From contig NC_086097.1 in NCBI RefSeq assembly GCF_963921235.1, forward strand, positions 166,348,001 through 166,412,000: a DNA stretch of 64,000 nucleotides. Direction: 5' to 3'. Position 1 is the stretch's first letter; every line of letters begins with the position of its first letter. The DNA comes from Mobula hypostoma (lineage: Eukaryota). Below the pieces are notes generated by a model. The model was not told the origin of the DNA. It ran no database searches and saw nothing but the letters and a program-made list of their open reading frames with translations. Shown here in pieces: positions 58,130 through 64,000 of the stretch. The translations under genes and the position numbers were made by a program.

Positions 58130-59255
58130 CATAAGTGGACAAAGGGAGAGATTGGGAAAGGGAAAATAGAGGGTGACAGTTAGCCTGCAGGGTACATGAA
58201 AGGGGAAGCACGGCAGATCGGCCTAATGTGGATAATTGTCAGGTTATCCACTTTGGCAGTAAGAGGAGATCAAATTCTCGTCTAAGTGGTCTTAGAATCA
58301 AAAGGGAAAAGTAAAACACAAGTTATGGATAACAAGCATGCAGGTGTAGCAGGTGATTAAGAAGGAAAATGGTTTATAGAGAGATACAGCATGGAAACAG
58401 GCTCCTCAGTCCTCCAGGTACATGCCAACAATCAAATACCCATCTAATTGGTCTGACATTAATCCCATTTTTCCCCCAATTCTCATCAGCTCCTTCCCGA
58501 CTCTACCACACAGCCAGGGACAATTTGCAGTGTTGGCCTATGTGGCAAGAAAATTCAAATACAGGAGCATGGATGTATTTCAGTTGATTGCACACTTCTC
58601 TTAGCAAGACAACAACTTGTTTGTTATGTGCAGTTTTGGTCTCCTTATCTGAGAAAGGTCGCTCTTGCTGTAGTACAGCAGGGGTTCACCAGACTAAGAT
58701 GACAAAACTGATGCATGAAGAGACATTGCATTATCAACTTTATCCTCAGTGGAGTCCTGAAAAATGAAAGGGGATGCCTTACAATCTAAAAATGTCTATC
58801 AGGACTGGACAGATTAGGTGCAGGAAAGATGATGCTGATGGAGCCACATGAGAAGTAGATGCTGAAATCTGGAGCAATGCTGAGGATGTTATAGTAGCTT
58901 AATTGATCAGACAGAACTATGGAGGGAAATGAACAGTCAACATTTTGGGGCATGACCCTTCATCTGGTCTGGGACCCGCAAGACCATTTATTGGGAATGA
59001 TATTCCTTGATGGCTGAGGAGTCCTATGCACAGTTTAAGGGAAAGCAATAAGGCCACATAGGACTGGGATAATGAACCATTTCTTCCCCATGAGGCGGTT
59101 CAAAAAAGCAATTAAAAGAATCTTGTTGTTAGGGGCTGGAACAATCAAGGAATATGGGAAGAAAGCTGGAACAGGCTACTGAATTTGGATCATCACAATG
59201 GAAGACAGAGCAGGTTCAAGAGAGGGAATGGTCTATGCTGATCTTGTTTCCTGTA
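58130..59255 (+). mobile_element. Very old CR1 3' fragment with nested SINE (~58375-58530, -) and Penelope repeat (~58845-58975, -)
   Basis: Remnants 'CAGGTGATTAAGAAGGAAAATGG', 'GTGCAGTTTTGGTCTCCTTATCTGAGAAAGG' and a CR1-like 3' UTR. Confidence 0.6.
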
Positions 59256-59807
59256 GATCTAAAAAGAGTCAACAATGCTTGAAACAAATGCTCTATATTT
59301 GTGAAATAATTTCAACAAATTTTCAAACCACGATAAGTAAAATGTGACACGGCATGGATCCTTGTCTATGATGCTGTATTAATAGCCATAAGTACTGGAG
59401 AAGAGCATCTTTGTATGTAAGTGTTTAAGTGGCTACAGAAAGATAATGGCTTGAATCGTCTAGTTTGCCCACAGGTGGTTACTGTACATACAGTTTACTC
59501 TCTTTTGAGGTTACAAAGTGAATGCAATGCTGGAGTTCCTCCTCAGTTACCAAAGGGCCATCCCTCTGCCACTCTGCACGGCAATAAAACACATTCCTTG
59601 CCACTTCACTAGAAATTTCCTTCAGAGATCCAGACTGCATCAAGACTGCTGAATGGCTGAGGGACACCCCAGAGTGGAACAAAGTATCCAGGTCACCCTG
59701 CTGCCTAGATTCATTGGCGTGGGTAGCTATGGCTAGGGGTGGCAAATCTAAGTATATCACTAACGACAGCAATCAACGAGGCTGTTTGAAAGTGCATTTA
59801 TTCAGCT

Positions 59808-61033
59808 CTAAAGGGAGATGCAGTGGATGTTGTATATTTGGATTTTCAGAAGGCCTTTGACAAGGTGCCACACATGAGGCTACTTAACAAGATAAGAGCC
59901 CATGGAATTACAGGAAAGTTACATACGTGGATAGAGCGTTGGCTGATTGGCAGGAAACAGAGAGTGGGAATAAAGGGATCCTAATCTGGTTGGATGCCAG
60001 TTACCAGTGGTTTTCCACAGGGATCAGTGTTGGGGCCGCTTCTTTTTACATTGAACATCAATGATTTGGATTATGGAATAGATAGCTTTGTGGCTAAATT
60101 TGCTGACGATACGAAGATAGGTGGAGGGGCCGGTAGTGCTGAGGAAATGGAGAGTCTGCAGAGAGACTTGGATAGATTGGAAGAATGGGCAGAGAAGTGG
60201 CAAATGAAGTACAATGTTGGAAAGTGTATGGTTATGCACTTTGGCAGAAAAAATAAACGGGCAGACTATTATTTAAATGGGGAAAGAATTCAAAGTTTGA
60301 GATGCAATGGGACTTGGGAGTCCTCGTACAGGATAGCCTTAAAGTTAACCTCCCGGTTGAGTCAGTAGTGAAGAAGGCGAATGCAATGTTGGCATTCATT
60401 TCTAGAGGAATAGAGTATAGGAGCAGGGATGTGATGTTGAGGCTCTATAAGGCGCTGGTAAGACCTCACTTGGAGTACTGTGGGCAGTTTTGGTCTCCTT
60501 ATTTAAGAAAGGATGTGCTGACATTGGAGAGGGTACAGAGAAGATTCACTAGAATGATTCCGGGAATGAGAGGGTTAACATATGAGGAACGTTTGTCCGC
60601 TCTTGGACTATATTCCTTGGAGTTTAGAAGAATGAGGGGAGTCCTCATAGAAACATTTCGAATGTTAAAAGGCATGGACAGAGTGGACGTGGCAAAGTTG
60701 TTTCCCATGATGTGGGAGTCTAGTACGAGAGGGCATGACTTAAGGATTGAAGGGTGCCCTTTCAGAACAGAAATGCGAAGACATTTTTTTAGTCAGAGGG
60801 TGGTGAATCTATGGAATTTGTTGCCACAGGCAGCAGTGGAGGCCAAGTCATTGGGTGTATTTAAGGCAGAGATTGATAGGTATCTGAGTAGCCAGGGCAT
60901 CAAAGGTTATGGTGAGAAGGCGGGGGAGTGGGACTAAATAGGAGAATGGATCAACTCATGATAAAATGACGGAGCAGACTTGATGGGCCGATTGGCCGAC
61001 TTCTGCTCCTTTGTCTTATGGTCTTATGGTCTA
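59808..61033 (+). mobile_element. CR1 LINE, 5'-truncated, well preserved (same subfamily as 1037-2387)
   Basis: '[13 protein letters not shown]', ORFs 59994-60368 '[11 protein letters not shown]...KFADDTKIGG' and 60302-60937 'LYKALVRPHLEYC...FFSQRVVNLWN', with a (TCTTATGG)n tail. Confidence 0.96.
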
Positions 61034-61134
61034 AATTGGCTTGTGGGTGAATTGTAATAAACCCAAAAGATGTTAGGTATAACCTTCCCCACTAGGCCCT
61101 TAATTTTCTCGTATACTTCTGATGCAAATATTCT

Positions 61135-63060
61135 AAAGGCAAGATGACACAACCGTGGCTAACAAGAGAAATCAAGCCAGCATAAAAGCCAAAGAAAGGA
61201 AAGAAAAAATTAGAGGGAAGTGAGAGGATTGGGAAGCTTTTAAAAAGCAATAGAAGGCAACTAAGAAAGTAACTAAGAAGGAAAAGATAAAATATGAAGG
61301 TAAGCTAGCCAATAATATTAAAGAGGATACCAAAAGTTTCTTCAGATACATAAGGAGTAAAAGTGAGGCAAGAGTGAATATCGGACTGCTGGAAAGTTAT
61401 GCTGGAGAGGTAGTAATAGGGGACAAGGAAATGTCAGATGAACTGAATAAGAATCTTGTCTCAGTCTTCACTGTGGAAGTCACTTGCAGAATGCTTGAAG
61501 TTCGAGAGTGCCAGTGGGTAGAATTGTGTGTAATTGCTGTTATTAGGGAGAAGATTCTTGGGAAACTGAAAGATCCCAAAGGTCAAATGTACCATGGTTC
61601 TGAAAGAGGTACTGAAGAGATTCTGGAGGCATTAGTAATGATCTTTAAAGAATCAATTGATGCTGGCAAGGTCCGGAGGACTGGAAAATTGTAAATGTCA
61701 CTCCACTCTTCAAGCAGGGAGAGAGGCAGAAGGAAGGAAATTATAGACCAGCTAATCTGACCTCAGTGGTTGGGAAGATGTTTATCAATTTTAAGGATGT
61801 GGTTTTGGTGTACTTGGAAGCTCATGATAAAATAGGCCATAGTTAGCATGGTTTCCTCAAGGGAAAATCTTGCCTGACTAATCTGTTGGAATTCTTCGAA
61901 AGAATAACAAGCAGGATCGACAAAAGAGAATTGGTGGATGTTAAGTACTTGATTTTTCAGAAGGACTTTGACAAGGTACCACACATGAGGCTGCTTAAAA
62001 ATTTAAGAGACCAGGAAAGATACTAGCATGGGTAAAGCAGTGCTGATTGGCAGGAGGCAAAGAGTGGGAATAAAAGGAGCCTTTTTTAGTTGGCTGCTGG
62101 TGACTGGTGGTGTTTTGCAAGATTCTGAGTTGGGACTGCTTCTTTTTACGTTATATGTCAATGGATGATGGAATTGATGGCTTTCTGCTCAAGCTTGCAG
62201 ACAATGTAAAGGTAGGTGGAGGGCAGGTGGTTCTGAGGAAGTAGAGAGGCTACAGAAGGACTTAGACACATTAGGAGAACGGACAAAGAAGTGGCAGACG
62301 GAATTCTGCGTCGGAAAGTGTATGGCCATGAGTCTGGTAAAAGAAATAAAAGGGTAGACTATTTTCTAAATGGAGAGAAAATTCAAAAATCCAGGGGCAA
62401 AGAGTCTTGGGAATCTTTGTACAGGATTCCCTAAAGGCTAATTTGCAGCTTGAGTTGGTGATGAGGAAGGCAAATACAATTTTTAGCATTCATTTCAAGA
62501 AGGCTAGAATATAAAAGCAAAGGTGTAATGTTGAGGCTTTATAAGTACTTGGAGTATTGTGAGCACTTTTGGGCCCCTTATATAAGAAAGGATGGGCTGA
62601 CATTAGAGTGTGTTCAAAGGAGGTTCACAAAAATGATTCCAGGATTGAAAGGCTTGTCATATGAAGAGCGCTTGATGGTTCTGGGCCTGTATTCACTGGA
62701 ATTCTGAAGAATGAGGGATGACCTCATTGAAACCTTTCAAATGTTGAAAAGCCTCAATAGAGTGGATGTGAAGAGGATGTTTTTTATGGTAGGAGAGTCT
62801 AAGACCAGAGGAAACAGTCTCGGAGAAGAAGGGTGTCCTTTTAGAACTCTTTAGCCAAAGGATGGTAAACCTGTCAAATTCATTGCTACAGGTTGGAGGC
62901 CAAGTCATTGACTGTATTTAAGACCAACGTTGATAGATTCTTAATTGGTCAGGGTATGAACAGATACAGGGAGAAGGCAGGAGATTGGGGCTGAGAAGGA
63001 AAATAGATCAGCCATAATGAAATAGTCTAATTCTGTTCCTATATCTTATGATCTTATGTG
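61135..63060 (+). mobile_element. Older CR1 LINE ORF2 (linker, RT, 3' UTR), many indels
   Basis: 'KEDTKSFFRYIRSK', 'GNYRPANLTSVVGK', 'HGFLKGKSCLTNLLEFFE', 'KLADNVKVG' and 'RMRDDLIETFQML', with tail TCTTATGATCTTATG. Confidence 0.92.
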
Positions 63061-64000
63061 TTTCATATTAAGCCAATGTTTCCTAGCTCCTGCATAATAT
63101 TTGGATTATAAAAAATATTTAGTTGCCTAGGATTGTCTCAAAATGTCTAATATTACTGATGTCCTTGGTGTTAGAAGATGTAGGTGGCATCTACCAATAA
63201 ACAGTTTACTGACAGCAGGGCTAACCGTTAGGTCTGGAATATGTCAACTCAAATATAGCAGAATACACAGACTGGGATTGCTATTGCAAAGTAATCAAGC
63301 TGTACAGATAAGGAAAGTATAAATAGATTTATGGGGCACATTGGACTGTGAATATTTCTAGATGGATGATGTGAGATGGATGAATAGAGGCTGCTTTAAT
63401 CTGGATATGCAGCTTGACCTTATTCTGAATCCTTCATATGCGGTAGGAGGTTATTAGTCCTATGTAGAGAAATCTTTGTAATCTGTTCCTTGGCATGCCT
63501 GAAGTACCAGTACCTGGCCAAAGAGGGAGAGCGGAACAATGTAAGGATAGAAAAGATGAGAACAATTTCAGAGTAATCATGCTCCAAGCAAGAAACCTGA
63601 TAACAATAGCATTCCTACAGTTGTAGTGGCTTGCAAGAACAGCCGCAAGGTGCACCTGAACTTTGGAGTCAAAGGATGTATGACCATGTCTCCTACCCTC
63701 ACCAACAGGAAAAATTCAACATGTGCCCAAATCTACATCTGAATCTTCCATTGTGGGGCTGAATCAAGACAGGCTCCAAATTCTGCAGACTGACATTAAA
63801 CAACATTTTATTTTCTCACCACAATCGGGCAAATGGTGATATTTCTGGTGTGTATTGTGCAGTGAAGTACCGAGTGTACTTTGTGTTTTGCCTGTAATGT
63901 ACATGTCTTCAGGTTGGGACTGAATCTTTAACTTCTAATGAAATAAAGGAAACAATATGTAGTAAAATCATATCATTTTCCATTTACTTTAAAATCTATG

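Noticed and set aside
1037..61033. Inverted CR1 pair (1037-2387 vs 59808-61033) as ends of a giant composite element
   Set aside because: They have different truncation points and independent tails, which is expected from an abundant subfamily.

Overview
Eukaryotic, repeat-dominated, apparently intergenic or intronic DNA. The repeat families (CR1/HER1-type LINEs, Rex1/Babar LINEs, V-type and Deu-type SINEs, Penelope-like elements) point to a cartilaginous fish, probably a ray (inference from repeat content only). I found no host protein-coding gene, tRNA, rRNA or CRISPR array that I can support. Most recognisable ORFs in the track are broken transposon ORFs or their antisense shadows; the rest are short and unassigned. 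Well over half of the window is decayed, often nested mobile DNA: many CR1 and Rex1 fragments, Penelope (GIY-YIG) fragments, one Gypsy LTR element with both LTRs, PBS and PPT, two hAT elements, a Chapaev3-like fragment, two Tc1/mariner derivatives, a piggyBac-type MITE, RTE derivatives and several SINEs. The most interesting signals are these. (1) A dispersed family of about 10 Penelope-associated minimal hammerhead ribozyme motifs, one with an intact core at 39626-39661 (-), some in short inverted or TSD-flanked mobile units. (2) A twin-priming-type 5' inversion of a Rex1 LINE with a 14-bp TSD. (3) A local inverted plus direct duplication around a Rex1 copy inside the Gypsy element. (4) A full-length non-tRNA SINE-like family with a YY1-like head. 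(5) A Charlie-like hAT element whose two flanks do not match. Boundaries of old repeats are estimated by eye.
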